A DNA stretch of 63,350 bases, the filler included, from Sanchytrium tribonematis (Eukaryota), in assembly GCA_018985235.1 (NCBI GenBank). It is 18 parts of 18 records of this genome, joined end to end, with 100 filler letters (N's around TTAATTAATTAA, not from the genome) between each part and the next. Parts side by side here need not be neighbours in the genome. Positions count along the whole stretch, not along the records: positions 28,396 to 46,082 come from JADGIG010000122.1; positions 46,183 to 47,841 come from JADGIG010001238.1; 16 more parts are not named here. One strand, given 5' to 3'. The notes beneath the pieces were generated by a model, which saw only the letters and a program-made list of their open reading frames with translations, had not been told where the DNA came from and searched no databases. A program made the translations under genes and the position numbers. Shown here one piece after another: positions 36,706 to 47,056 of the stretch. Numbering within the stretch: the first letter of the stretch is position 1; every line of letters begins with the position of its first letter.

Positions 36706-38874
36706 ATGGGTCAAGATTTTAGCGCCCTTTCAAAACTTTACGATATTGATAAGGGACCAGAGTTAAACTCGGGAATGGCTTGGAATTTGAGGAATGCATC
36801 CAAGAATAATCAAAAACTTACACTATTTTATACTAAAAAGCAATCAAATGACCCAGTCATTATATTATTAAAGAAGGAGGTACAGATGCTGCTTAAATTA
36901 AGACACCCTAATGTTTTGCATGTTCAGCAACCTCCCACAAACATTGTTGGGTTTTCATCGGAGCCTATTAAGCTGCCATTGTTTATGGCTCAGTTGAGTG
37001 AAGTCGAAAAATTAAACGGAATGAAGCAACTTAGCACTGCAATACAATTTTTACATGAGAATGCCAAAATAATTCATAATTGCATCAATCCCTACAATAT
37101 CTACATCACTAATGACATGCAGTGGAAGCTGGCTGGATTCTATTTTGCTCAATACTTTAATTATTATTTTGCTCAATACTTTAATTATAATTCAGAAACA
37201 ATGACCTCCAACGAATACAATCTAAATGACAACATGTACATTGAGTATTGCTCTCCAGAATTTATCATTAATCATCAGATTAATATTCAAAATGACGATT
37301 ATAGTTTCGGAATGATGTTGGCATTTGTTTATGGTAAACCGCCGCCTGCTGCAAATAGTAATTTGCTTTCATTCAAGCATTTCCAGGAACGTTTATCAGA
37401 CTTTGTAGGGACTTTGCCTTTGAATATTCAGAGTCTAGTTCAGCAATTAACAACGGCCTCAATGGTTCGAATCAGTCATAAGGATTGTTTGAAGGATGTT
37501 TTGTTTACAGATAATGTCTATTTGAAGTGCTTAGATACGTTTGATAGTATCAACACGATCGCTGTTGTCGAAAAAGCTAAATTCTTTAAGGCACTCCAGC
37601 AACCTGGAATTTTCAAAGCCTTCCCTAGTGAAATGGTAACAAACAAATTCATTCCCATTTTATTGCAGCAAATTAAAGAAATACAGCTAGTTACTTTTAT
37701 AATCCCTGTATTGTTTTATTTGCTTCAAGAATATGGTACAACTAATGATACTGAACTGATTTTTCCTCAATTAAAACCCATTTGCACCCCTCAGTATCCT
37801 GCAGCTGCTCGTCTTTTATTATTTCAGCAATATCATATTTTCAAGACCAAATCTCGATCACAATATTACAAAAATGAAATTTTGGGGTTGTTGATTGTCG
37901 CATTAGAATTGCAAGAGCCAGAAACCAATGCGGCAATACTTGAGATATTGAGTGACATAGATGTCTTAAAATTGATTGATTATACTGTTCTTAAAAGAAT
38001 GATAATCAAGAAGACTGACTACTTTTTACAGGGGAAGAGCAGAATTGGCATGATGCATTTTATTAAAACTGTTATCGTGCATCAAGTAGTGGATGTTCAA
38101 ATGCTGCCAGAAATAATACAAATATTATGTGGAATTAATGATTTGAGTATATGCGAATTATTCGGTGAATTGACAGACAGTTTGGATGAGCAGTATTACG
38201 TCTCATTGATATTACCAAATATGCTTAAAACTCTGCACTCGCTAGAGAATAGGAAAAATTGTGAAGTTGTGGACGAAGTTTTCTTAAAATGTTATTCTAA
38301 AATTAAAGAAAAGCGTTTTAAGAAGTTGAGCTCCTTGTCCAATAATACACCACATACAGTTACAATCAGTTCGACAAATCCTAACAACAACTACCTAACA
38401 AATCCCAACTTAAAAACGAAAAATCCTAGTCCTGAACAATGGTCAGAAATGCAACCCGCCCCGAAAGATTTTGTTGGTTTCAATAATACTAAAGGCGTAG
38501 ATTTTGTGAATATTCCTACTGGAAATCATACATTCGCAAACCAACCTTCTACAGTTGCGATCAATAAGCAACCTTCATTGGGTCAGACAAATCGCATTGG
38601 GATGAATCAAATCATGACAAATTCACAAATTGTCAAAGAGAGTCCTGTACCTAATAATATTCCTCAGCAGACCAAAATCTCTGATCCTGATCAATTCAAT
38701 CCTTGGTCTGCACCTCCGAAGAAGGATGATTTTGGTACCTTTACTGATGCTCCGACAATGGAAAATCCATTTCAAAATGAGCAATCTTTTCCTAATTCCT
38801 TTCAATTTAGTCTTAAAAATAAGCTGGATAAAAAATCTAATAACTCAAATTCAAATTTCGATCCATATGCGTAG
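36706..38874 (+). CDS. SCY1-like pseudokinase (SCYL2/Scy1 type) with HEAT repeats and low-complexity tail
   Basis: LKLRHPNVL, FLHENAKIIHNCINP.NI.I...WKLAGF, HEAT-like middle, tail with FNPW/DDFG/NPF/DPY motifs. Confidence 0.8.
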   Translation: MGQDFSALSKLYDIDKGPELNSGMAWNLRNASKNNQKLTLFYTKKQSNDPVIILLKKEVQMLLKLRHPNVLHVQQPPTNIVGFSSEPIKLPLFMAQLSEVEKLNGMKQLSTAIQFLHENAKIIHNCINPYNIYITNDMQWKLAGFYFAQYFNYYFAQYFNYNSETMTSNEYNLNDNMYIEYCSPEFIINHQINIQNDDYSFGMMLAFVYGKPPPAANSNLLSFKHFQERLSDFVGTLPLNIQSLVQQLTTASMVRISHKDCLKDVLFTDNVYLKCLDTFDSINTIAVVEKAKFFKALQQPGIFKAFPSEMVTNKFIPILLQQIKEIQLVTFIIPVLFYLLQEYGTTNDTELIFPQLKPICTPQYPAAARLLLFQQYHIFKTKSRSQYYKNEILGLLIVALELQEPETNAAILEILSDIDVLKLIDYTVLKRMIIKKTDYFLQGKSRIGMMHFIKTVIVHQVVDVQMLPEIIQILCGINDLSICELFGELTDSLDEQYYVSLILPNMLKTLHSLENRKNCEVVDEVFLKCYSKIKEKRFKKLSSLSNNTPHTVTISSTNPNNNYLTNPNLKTKNPSPEQWSEMQPAPKDFVGFNNTKGVDFVNIPTGNHTFANQPSTVAINKQPSLGQTNRIGMNQIMTNSQIVKESPVPNNIPQQTKISDPDQFNPWSAPPKKDDFGTFTDAPTMENPFQNEQSFPNSFQFSLKNKLDKKSNNSNSNFDPYA
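37141..37188 (+). repeat. Perfect 24-bp in-frame tandem duplication
   Basis: TATTTTGCTCAATACTTTAATTAT x2, encoding YFAQYFNY x2. Confidence 0.95.
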
Positions 38875-38941
38875 AAAACACAATTTATAAAAACAGATGT
38901 GGCTTGAAACGCGAACAGAATAATAACAGGAATTAATTTCT

Positions 38942-39298
38942 ATGAGCAATAACCAAAAGCGTAAACCTAGCCTAACATCTTTGTATCAAAAATATACTAA
39001 TCAAGAATTAAGAAAAAGAGCACAAGAAAGATATTGTTTAGAATTGGTCCTATTTAAGGAGGACTTTGAACAACTGAAGCAAAAAAAGCGACATTCAGAT
39101 ATAGATTCTGTATTTGATACGTTATACCGTAAGTATCTATTAAGAGGAAGTCCCTATGAATTAAATTTACCCGGAGATATTAAAGTTAGTCTTCAAAACC
39201 AATTTGAACTTAAGCATTACAATATTTCACAGCTTGAGCTTGTTTATGATCAAGTTCGTACTATGATCACTGAAAATTTAGAACTGAATCACATTTAA
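38942..39298 (+). CDS. Stand-alone RGS-domain protein
   Basis: EYCLE-like ERYCLELVLF, YRKYL..GSPYELNLP, VYDQV..MI.EN. Confidence 0.75.
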   Translation: MSNNQKRKPSLTSLYQKYTNQELRKRAQERYCLELVLFKEDFEQLKQKKRHSDIDSVFDTLYRKYLLRGSPYELNLPGDIKVSLQNQFELKHYNISQLELVYDQVRTMITENLELNHI

Positions 39299-39621
39299 AT
39301 AATTTAATAAACTTGTTTCAAATTTTATTTAAAACTTTATTTTGGGATTCAGCCAAAAGTAGTATATTATGGTAAGCCATTCAAAATGAAGGACGTTTAG
39401 ACACCCCCATCAATTCAACCATTTTCTTTAATTTTTTTGCACTAGATACCTAATATTACTACTGACGGAACTCATCAGTGAAAAGGTACAGGCGCATAGA
39501 AAATAAGGTATACATATAGGCAGATTTGATTTTTTGAAATTGTTTTTTAAGTGGGGCGCTTGCTGTTAAGTGACACCAATGGGAAATGGTTAAAAAAATT
39601 TATTGGCGTTGGTACTCAAAC

Positions 39622-41040
39622 ATGTGGGAATTGGCTTTGATCGCTATTGTCTCTTATGTACTGTTTGACTATTTAAAAGATGTTTGCTGGTGGATAGCAG
39701 GACCGATAAATTGGTTTGGAATTGCCAATTCAATTGAGGTGGCAATGAACTACGACACTTTACTTGACTATTTCATGCTCAAATTTAGCAAGGTCGAAAC
39801 TTTTACTGTAAAGATAATGACTTTTTCCAGGTACCTAGTGACGAATAATCCGGATAATGTCAAGTACATTTTAAGGGACAATTTCGAAAATTTTATCAAA
39901 GGTAGAGAATTTCAAAGAAATTTTGAGCTACTTTTAGGAGATGGTATTTTTAGCATGGACGGGCCAAAATGGAAAGCTCAAAGACACGCTGCTGCAAAGA
40001 TTTTCCATGTTTCCAACTTTCGCGATAATATGATCCATGTATTCAATCACCATTTTAAAACTGTCAATTCAATTTTGAATCAAGGAAAGCCTGTTGATTT
40101 TCATGGCTTAATGCATGGGTTCACCCTCGACAGCTTCTCTGAAATTGGATTTGGCCAAAGTGTTGATAGTTTAAGAAGCAAGGAATCGAGCTTTGCTATT
40201 GCTTTTGATCAATTACAAAAATTAGCGAATGAGGCTTTCTTTTTGCCAAAATTTGTGGTTACTCTAAAAGATTTATTACTTAATAGATACAAGTTGAAGT
40301 CTGATCATAAGAAGACCATTGACCAATTTAGTTATTCAATTATTCAGGCTAGACTACAAAAAGGTGACGTTGACAAGGACGATTTGTTGTGTCATTTTCT
40401 TAGAATGAAAAAAGAAACTGGCGAGACTTACAAACCTGAGGATCTTAGAAATATTGTGATGAATTTTATTCTTGCGGGCAGAGACACAACTGCACAAGCG
40501 ATCAGTTGGACTGTTTATGAATTAAGAAAGAGAAAAGATATCGTGGAAAAAATCAGAGCAGAAGCTAAAGCAGTTATCAAAAATCTTGATACCCCTACTT
40601 ATGAGGAAATCAAGTCGTTGCATTATACAACTGCAGTTTTTCAAGAGTGCCTTAGATTAAACCCAAGTGTTCCTAAAAATGTCAAATTTGCAGTTCACGA
40701 TGATGTATTACCAGATGGCACTAAAATTCGAAAGGGATGGGGAGTGGCATGGTCACCTTACTGCATGGCTAGGACTCCTTCGATTTGGGGTCCTGATTGC
40801 AGAGAGTTAAAACCAGAAAGATTTTTAAGTGAAAATTATGATCCTTCCATCAATTTCACATTCCACGCCGGGCCAAGAACTTGTCTCGGTCAAAATATGG
40901 CAACCCTTGAGGCCGTTGCAACAATTGCTATGTTATATTCAAAGTTTGACATTGAAGTTTTAAATGAGACAACTTACAATGTTACGGTGACACTGCAAAT
41001 GAAGAATCCCATTATGGTGAGAGCTACATCTAGACAATAA
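39622..41040 (+). CDS. Cytochrome P450 (fatty-acid omega-hydroxylase-like; CYP704/CYP86/CYP52-type motifs)
   Basis: LLGDGIF..DG..W..QR, AGRDTT, ECLR (ExxR), PERF, FHAGPRTCLG heme Cys. An upstream in-frame ATG exists at 39586. Confidence 0.95.
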   Translation: MWELALIAIVSYVLFDYLKDVCWWIAGPINWFGIANSIEVAMNYDTLLDYFMLKFSKVETFTVKIMTFSRYLVTNNPDNVKYILRDNFENFIKGREFQRNFELLLGDGIFSMDGPKWKAQRHAAAKIFHVSNFRDNMIHVFNHHFKTVNSILNQGKPVDFHGLMHGFTLDSFSEIGFGQSVDSLRSKESSFAIAFDQLQKLANEAFFLPKFVVTLKDLLLNRYKLKSDHKKTIDQFSYSIIQARLQKGDVDKDDLLCHFLRMKKETGETYKPEDLRNIVMNFILAGRDTTAQAISWTVYELRKRKDIVEKIRAEAKAVIKNLDTPTYEEIKSLHYTTAVFQECLRLNPSVPKNVKFAVHDDVLPDGTKIRKGWGVAWSPYCMARTPSIWGPDCRELKPERFLSENYDPSINFTFHAGPRTCLGQNMATLEAVATIAMLYSKFDIEVLNETTYNVTVTLQMKNPIMVRATSRQ

Positions 41041-41095
41041 GTAAATACCATACTTTTTAAATTGCAAAAGTAAGGATACATCTTTAAATAAGAAA

Positions 41096-42589
41096 ATGCA
41101 GTGGGTCATGTTTTTTCTTTGTTCGATTTTTGGAAAATTTGGTAGTCAATATATTTCGCCCTGGGCAGATAGTATAAATTTGTCACCAATATCTCCATTT
41201 GAGCAGCAGTATATAGCCCCACCATATTTTAGATCTGTGGTAAAGTACAAGGGAGAAGTTTATGGTCAATGTAAAATTGAGGACTGGGGCGTAGTTGATA
41301 TCAATGGCATACCGCAGTGCGGCTTAGACTGCCATGAGAGCTGTAAAAGTTGCACATATCCAAATATTACTGGATATTGTAGTATTTGTCAAGTCGGTTA
41401 CAAACTTTTTCCAAATTTGAAAGAGCCAAGACGAGATATCCCAAGAGCGTTAAATGTTTATTGTGGATTGGATGTACCTTGCGCAATTGACAATGGCCAA
41501 TATCAAGATTGGCTCAGTGGAAAATGTGTAGATTGTCATTCCAGTTGCAAAACTTGTTGGGGCACTGGTTCTAATGATTGTTTGTCTTGCTACTCAGGAA
41601 GATTTCCAACATACAATCGATCTTGCCAAATTTGTGACTCATCTTGTTTGACATGTTCTTCTTCAAATGTTTGTGAATCTTGTAGAAATGGTTTTCAATT
41701 GACAAATGGGCAATGTATTGCTAATTCCGCGACCACTATTTACACAATTACAATTCAGCCTATATTTAGTACAAAAACGATAAAGGAAACTTCAATATCG
41801 ATTGCTACAAGCACTAGTACTTTGTTTCATTATAACATTTCAAAGGAAAACAATCTACACCATTTCTCATACTTTAACAGTTCAATGGTAGTCAATCAGA
41901 TCACCACTAAGATTGTCGAGCAGCCACAATGTCTACGCATTGCCACCTCCAATATTTCGAGTCAATATTCCACTGATATGTTTATGACAAAACATAACAA
42001 TACCGTCACCTACGATTTTTTCACAAGTTTATCGGTTTTCGAGACAAATTATACTAACTTGACATTGTCACCGCTCACTCTACGAAAAAATTGCAGCAAT
42101 TATTTCAAGACCTGCGAAAAGCCTACGATAGCGATTGTCACTTCTTTTGTAACTAATTATGTAACAAGTCAATGTAGAAGCAGCACATTGAATCATGATT
42201 TACAGAGTTCGTTTCAGAGCCACGAAGATCTTCAATTTCAGTCAAGCACAATGCAGACAAGAAACTCACCAACTTTGTCACAAAAAATCACATCTGAATT
42301 TAAAGATATCCTAGCAACAGAAACTTCTGAGCAAAGACTGTCAACTTCTACTGTTACTGTTGCAAATAGAGCTACAATCAATGATTCTTCTGGGTTTGAC
42401 GTGTCAAGTATGGTTGTGCTTGCTTCGAATCCAATGTTTTTAATTTTAATAATTTTGATTTGTCTTCTATTTATCATATTTGCAATGCTGATACACATCC
42501 AAAAACAAAAAATCGGAGTTTTAATGGAGCAAATGCATAATATTGATATGAATGTAAGTATTACAGAGCCAGTTAAGATGCTTCATTAA
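41096..42589 (+). CDS. Type I surface protein: furin-like Cys-rich repeats + S/T-rich stalk + TM
   Basis: CHESCKSC, CHSSCKTC..C..C and CDSSCLTC repeats. C-terminal TM. Confidence 0.8.
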   Translation: MQWVMFFLCSIFGKFGSQYISPWADSINLSPISPFEQQYIAPPYFRSVVKYKGEVYGQCKIEDWGVVDINGIPQCGLDCHESCKSCTYPNITGYCSICQVGYKLFPNLKEPRRDIPRALNVYCGLDVPCAIDNGQYQDWLSGKCVDCHSSCKTCWGTGSNDCLSCYSGRFPTYNRSCQICDSSCLTCSSSNVCESCRNGFQLTNGQCIANSATTIYTITIQPIFSTKTIKETSISIATSTSTLFHYNISKENNLHHFSYFNSSMVVNQITTKIVEQPQCLRIATSNISSQYSTDMFMTKHNNTVTYDFFTSLSVFETNYTNLTLSPLTLRKNCSNYFKTCEKPTIAIVTSFVTNYVTSQCRSSTLNHDLQSSFQSHEDLQFQSSTMQTRNSPTLSQKITSEFKDILATETSEQRLSTSTVTVANRATINDSSGFDVSSMVVLASNPMFLILIILICLLFIIFAMLIHIQKQKIGVLMEQMHNIDMNVSITEPVKMLH

Positions 42590-43229
42590 TAAATGACGCT
42601 TTCAACATTTTAATCTCATTCATAATATTTGAGCGAGCCTTGTTTTCATACTCGTTAAGGCAAAAATAAATACGTTCTCTTTGTAAAAAAATTTCTAGAA
42701 TCTCTGTTCTACCTTTAAGGTAGTCTTTTTGTGAATAATGACTGTATTCAAGTCGAATTTGTTTTGAGTACAAATCATACTGGCTTTTTTTGGCTGCTAA
42801 TATCAGAAGATCAAAATCCAGAAATAAGCTAACATCTAGATCAACTATCAATGGAAAGTGTTTTATCGTAGATCGGATCATGATACTAACCAACGAAATC
42901 AATGCTTCGCTTAATTCGACTTCCTCGGCAAAATTTTGAAAAACAATAATGCTATCCTCCTCGTTGCTTCTGGATAATGGATTGTAAACTAGATCATGAA
43001 AATATATAGCTAACAGTACGGCAACATGATTTTTGATTCTTAAGATATTCGTTTTATAGCTTTCCAGCAATGACTCCACGTGGTTTATCGTGTGATAATA
43101 CCTACCAGATTCGGCATACAGTTGCTGTATTGTTGTTTCCCATTTTCGGATAACCTCTTCCTTGATGTTTAAACTCTGACAAACTGAAACAAATGCTTTC
43201 AAGACCATTAGTTTCAGGTTGTTAAACAT
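42573..43229 (-). CDS. HD-superfamily metal-dependent phosphohydrolase
   Basis: RYYHTINHV, AIYFHDLVY.P...NE..S, T..H, FLDFDL.IL, IR.EY..Y..GR..IL. Overlaps its neighbour by 17 nt. Confidence 0.85.
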   Translation of the reverse strand: MFNNLKLMVLKAFVSVCQSLNIKEEVIRKWETTIQQLYAESGRYYHTINHVESLLESYKTNILRIKNHVAVLLAIYFHDLVYNPLSRSNEEDSIIVFQNFAEEVELSEALISLVSIMIRSTIKHFPLIVDLDVSLFLDFDLLILAAKKSQYDLYSKQIRLEYSHYSQKDYLKGRTEILEIFLQRERIYFCLNEYENKARSNIMNEIKMLKASFINEAS

Positions 43230-43266
43230 ACAATACAGTTAGAATAATTTACTGATAATATGGCAG

Positions 43267-43575
43267 CTATGAATTTGAAGCAGAGCTTTTTGGGGTTATA
43301 TGCTTCTGCATCCTTTTATTTTTTTTATAACTATATATGCAACAAAAACACGGGCAAATCATTTTAAAAAATGTTTCGCATGCTGTGTCTTGCTCGTCTT
43401 CCCACACGCTTCTGCCAGGAGCTGGTGGTGCCCCCATCGTAATAGGGATAACGTCATTATTTGTTGTTTTTGAAATCCCTTTGGTATATAACTCGCGTTG
43501 AATAAAGTCTTCTTTGACCTTCCCAGACTTAAATTCAGACTTCCGTTTGCTGTTTTTATCATTTTTATCTCCCAT
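43267..43575 (-). CDS. Small protein with Cys-rich membrane-anchor-like segment (CYSTM-like)
   Basis: Charged N-terminus, then ACETFFKMICPCFCCIY. Confidence 0.55.
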   Translation of the reverse strand: MGDKNDKNSKRKSEFKSGKVKEDFIQRELYTKGISKTTNNDVIPITMGAPPAPGRSVWEDEQDTACETFFKMICPCFCCIYSYKKNKRMQKHITPKSSASNS

Positions 43576-43631
43576 TTCTGAATCTTTAAGTGTCAATTTC
43601 GATATGGCTTGGCCTTGTATCAAAATCAAAT

Positions 43632-43880
43632 TTACTTTAGCAAAAAAATACACAGTAAACATGGAGACATGAGGATGGCATAGCAGCAGACTTCTCCGAG
43701 GCATGTATCACAACAACTGCAGCAATTGTCAGATTCTATGTACTTTTTAAGTCTTTCTTTTTTATTGGTCTTTATAGAGGCTTCCATTTTTTCAGGCTCA
43801 AACACATTTATCTTAAATATTTCTAATATATGTGCGTTGGAATCATTTTCTTCGATTTTCAACTTTTTCGTATATCCCAT
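43632..43880 (-). CDS. Small CYSTM-like protein
   Basis: C-terminal CCSCCDTCLGEVCCYAILMSPCLLCIFLLK. Confidence 0.6.
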   Translation of the reverse strand: MGYTKKLKIEENDSNAHILEIFKINVFEPEKMEASIKTNKKERLKKYIESDNCCSCCDTCLGEVCCYAILMSPCLLCIFLLK

Positions 43881-43925
43881 TAAAATGGCTGCAGATTAAT
43901 CGTTTATTAGATCTTGAAATGTTAG

Positions 43926-44168
43926 CTATGGCGTAATCAAAAAGCAGCAGCATAATAACATACAGCAACGACCAAGCATATCTCCTTTTAGTTCGTTGTC
44001 CTCTTCTTGCTTTTTCCTTCTTTTTTCCGAATCCAATTTCTTTTTGGGATCTGTTTCTCGTGCTGGAAGATCATTATCAAATATATTCGTCTTGGAAGCG
44101 GAAACATGGATGTCTGATCGTGTTTTTTCAAGCTGTTGTTTTTTGCTCGGTGCACTATTTGTTGACAT
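43926..44168 (-). CDS. Small CYSTM-like protein
   Basis: C-terminal RCCMLLCCCFLITP after a charged region. Confidence 0.6.
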   Translation of the reverse strand: MSTNSAPSKKQQLEKTRSDIHVSASKTNIFDNDLPARETDPKKKLDSEKRRKKQEEDNELKGDMLGRCCMLLCCCFLITP

Positions 44169-44222
44169 ACAAGGCTTGATTTCAATGTAACTAATACTAT
44201 TTTAAAAAATTTGATCGAGTAT

Positions 44223-44999
44223 TTATTCAAAACCATGAGTCTCTAGATATGCAGAATCGAGAGAAATATAAGATCTGCGACTGAGGTCTTCAATGCAGTC
44301 AGAATCGATGTTTGCCAATAAATCGCTGTAAAATTTAATTAGAACGCTGATTCTTAACATATAAATTATTGGTGATATTGCAAATGTGATGGGATATACA
44401 CATCGTAAAATTGCTAGACCAATTTCTAATGTAGCCATAAATGCACATGTAATTTGAAGTTGACTCTTTAGTTTTTTTGCAACTCTTGGTCTGTATTCCA
44501 AAATAAAGTCAAGTTTTTTCAACAAGATGTAATACATGTAAATTTCAATAATTGTGATGCCTAAAGAAAATACACTCCCTGCGATAGCAAAATAAGTATA
44601 TCGATCCTTAAGCAATTTAATATCTTTAAGTCCCAGTGCATTCACAAAAATGCAAGGTATTTGAAGCAGAGCAACTACACAAGGTAAATAATTGACATAT
44701 CTATCCTCATCAATGTAATTTCCCAAAGACTTTATTCTTAGAACATAAAGCCAAGACACCGTTTGAACAAGTACAAACCAAACAATATTCTTGTAAACTA
44801 TCATATTTTCCAATTTATCATCAAAGCTCTTACTCAATACTAGGGTAGAGAGCCCAAAGCAGATCAAAAGGCCAGCAATAATTAATTGGAATATCTTATT
44901 TCTCTTCTTGTCAAAGGTCATCACTGCAAGTAGGAAATTTTGAATCATAAGGCACAAAGATCCGCCCCAGCATATTTGATAAACATCTGAAAAATCCAT
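44223..44999 (-). CDS. About 7-TM membrane protein (paralog A)
   Basis: About seven hydrophobic helices. QTVSWLYVLRIKSLGNY, KLDFILEYR. Confidence 0.7.
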   Translation of the reverse strand: MDFSDVYQICWGGSLCLMIQNFLLAVMTFDKKRNKIFQLIIAGLLICFGLSTLVLSKSFDDKLENMIVYKNIVWFVLVQTVSWLYVLRIKSLGNYIDEDRYVNYLPCVVALLQIPCIFVNALGLKDIKLLKDRYTYFAIAGSVFSLGITIIEIYMYYILLKKLDFILEYRPRVAKKLKSQLQITCAFMATLEIGLAILRCVYPITFAISPIIYMLRISVLIKFYSDLLANIDSDCIEDLSRRSYISLDSAYLETHGFE

Positions 45000-45181
45000 C
45001 GACCTACTAAAGAAATCTTTGAAATTGTTCAACAGGTCAAGTACCAATTCTGAGAATCAAGAGAAAATCTAAAATTGCATATTCAGGCATAACCAAGTGA
45101 ATATGAACTAATACACAAATTCATTTGCACTAAATGAACGTGAGAACTAAAACGGTTGTATTAAAAAAAATCAGAATCCCC

Positions 45182-45940
45182 ATGGTTTCGAATCTAATCA
45201 TATCACTAACTGGATTTGCACTTACGGTTTTACTTTGCATATTGACAACTATTAAATATATACACACATTTAAAAAGAAACGGCATTCACTCTCATACCT
45301 AATCATTTTTGGAATTTTGGCCAGCATATGTCATTCTGCTTTTGCCTTAGCTTACATGATTGTAGATAAAAGTTATGGTGTTCCTACTGCTCAGGATATA
45401 TTTCTTGATATCGTAATCAGCACTACTTGGCTATTGATGCTACAAATTGAAAGCTGGTTGTATGTGCGAAGGATATCTAGTCTGGGAAACTATATGTGGT
45501 TTGACAAGTATTTAAAATATTCCCCGTTTGTACTATTAGTAATGCAGTTGCCGGTAGCAGTAGGCATCGGCTTTGAGTTGGTGTATATAGAAGATTTTCG
45601 TATTGTTCTTTACGCACTATTAGTTTGTATTTCGGTCGTTATAATCATCGCTGAAGTTGTTTTAGATATTTTCTTGATACAGAAACTAAAATTTATTCTA
45701 GAGTACCGCAAAACAACTTTGGGAAAGCTTTGTAAAATTATTTTCGTGATGTGCTGTTTTGCGATTATCTTTGAATTGGGACTAATAGTGGCATGCATTT
45801 TAAAGCCAGTCGTGTATATTTCTCTCCGGCCATTTATTTGCACTGTGAAAATTTTTTTAATGATTGAATTTTATTCAAAGCTGCTGTCAAACAAAGACCG
45901 ATACCCAGATGATTCTTTCCTAATCGAAAGCAGCACTTGA
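45182..45940 (+). CDS. About 7-TM membrane protein (paralog B, divergently oriented)
   Basis: QIESWLYVRRISSLGNY and KLKFILEYR are shared with paralog A. Confidence 0.7.
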   Translation: MVSNLIISLTGFALTVLLCILTTIKYIHTFKKKRHSLSYLIIFGILASICHSAFALAYMIVDKSYGVPTAQDIFLDIVISTTWLLMLQIESWLYVRRISSLGNYMWFDKYLKYSPFVLLVMQLPVAVGIGFELVYIEDFRIVLYALLVCISVVIIIAEVVLDIFLIQKLKFILEYRKTTLGKLCKIIFVMCCFAIIFELGLIVACILKPVVYISLRPFICTVKIFLMIEFYSKLLSNKDRYPDDSFLIESST

Positions 45941-46033
45941 TGCATTATGATTAAAAAACTCACCAATTGTCAAGAGTAGTAAATATATTTCATTTTGAAA
46001 AATATGTTATAACAATTTATTTGAATAGCTTAC

Positions 46034-46082
46034 TTATTTCTTTGTGGCTTTTTGAGCAGATTTAGTTGCTTTTCCCGAGCTT
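46034..46082 (-). CDS. Probable extreme C-terminus of translation elongation factor 1-alpha
   Basis: SSGKATKSAQKATKK* resembles the EF1A tail GKVTKSAQKAxKK. Only 15 codons are visible. Confidence 0.55.
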
Positions 46083-46182
46083 NNNNNNNNNNNNNNNNNN
46101 NNNNNNNNNNNNNNNNNNNNNNNNNNTTAATTAATTAANNNNNNNNNNNNNNNNNNNNNNNNNNNNNNNNNNNNNNNNNNNN

Positions 46183-46971
46183 CAATGCATTCACTGGTCT
46201 CACAGGATCATTAATCTTTAATAAATCATGGTAATTGAGATTAGAATTTGAAAATACGGAGAAATAAACCTGTTTGAGGCTATTTTTTGGAGTTGATTTT
46301 AATTTCCCCAATTCAAGTAATTCAATAAATTCTCTATTCATTTCATCTATTTTAATCAAATCCTCCGGATACCATGAATATATTTGAGAACTAGTGGGTG
46401 AAAATATATCTCTCAATGCAAATGGATCCTTGATGGCAAATGGTAATTTTTTGATCCAATTATTTACCATATATTGAGTTATAAATGGATATTGATTAGT
46501 GATGTGTTGAATGGCTTCTCTTTGTTCCCACTTTGATTTTGGTCGATAGACGAAAAATGTGATTGCAAAATCAACGAATATTTGTGGATTTGGATAAATT
46601 AATCGGGTGATGATGACATTCAGAATATCTGTATAGACGCCATATTGAGTCATGAATAGACCATAGTACTCCAAAGATTGGATTATTGCAAATGTAATGA
46701 GATTAATTTTAGATTCTGGGGTTGATTTCTCATTGATATATTGAGATGCATAATAAAGCGCATTGACGGGTGCCACCTTATCATAAATTTGTACTAGATC
46801 ATTATAATTAATATCTACTTGATCGTAGATTTTAAAATATTGAGATTTGAGATTAAAAAATGGTAAATTGGATGGATGAGGTAATATTTGTTGAATTTTA
46901 TCGAAATATTGGGCAGCTTGATTGACAGCTTGTTCATCATTTGCAAATAATAGTCTAAGAATGAATAGCAT
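46183..46971 (-). CDS. Secreted alpha-helical family protein with internal repeat (3'-partial)
   Basis: Starts MLFILRLLFA. YF.IY..DINYNDLVQI.D.VAPVNAL is repeated as YF.VF..NLNYHDLLKI.DPVRPVNAL. Confidence 0.65.
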
Positions 46972-47056
46972 CGCACAATACAAGGTAATTTTGACACCAT
47001 TTGGAGAAGCACGTGAAATAACAGTATTTGATTGGCTCAAATTATTTTTCAAAACC

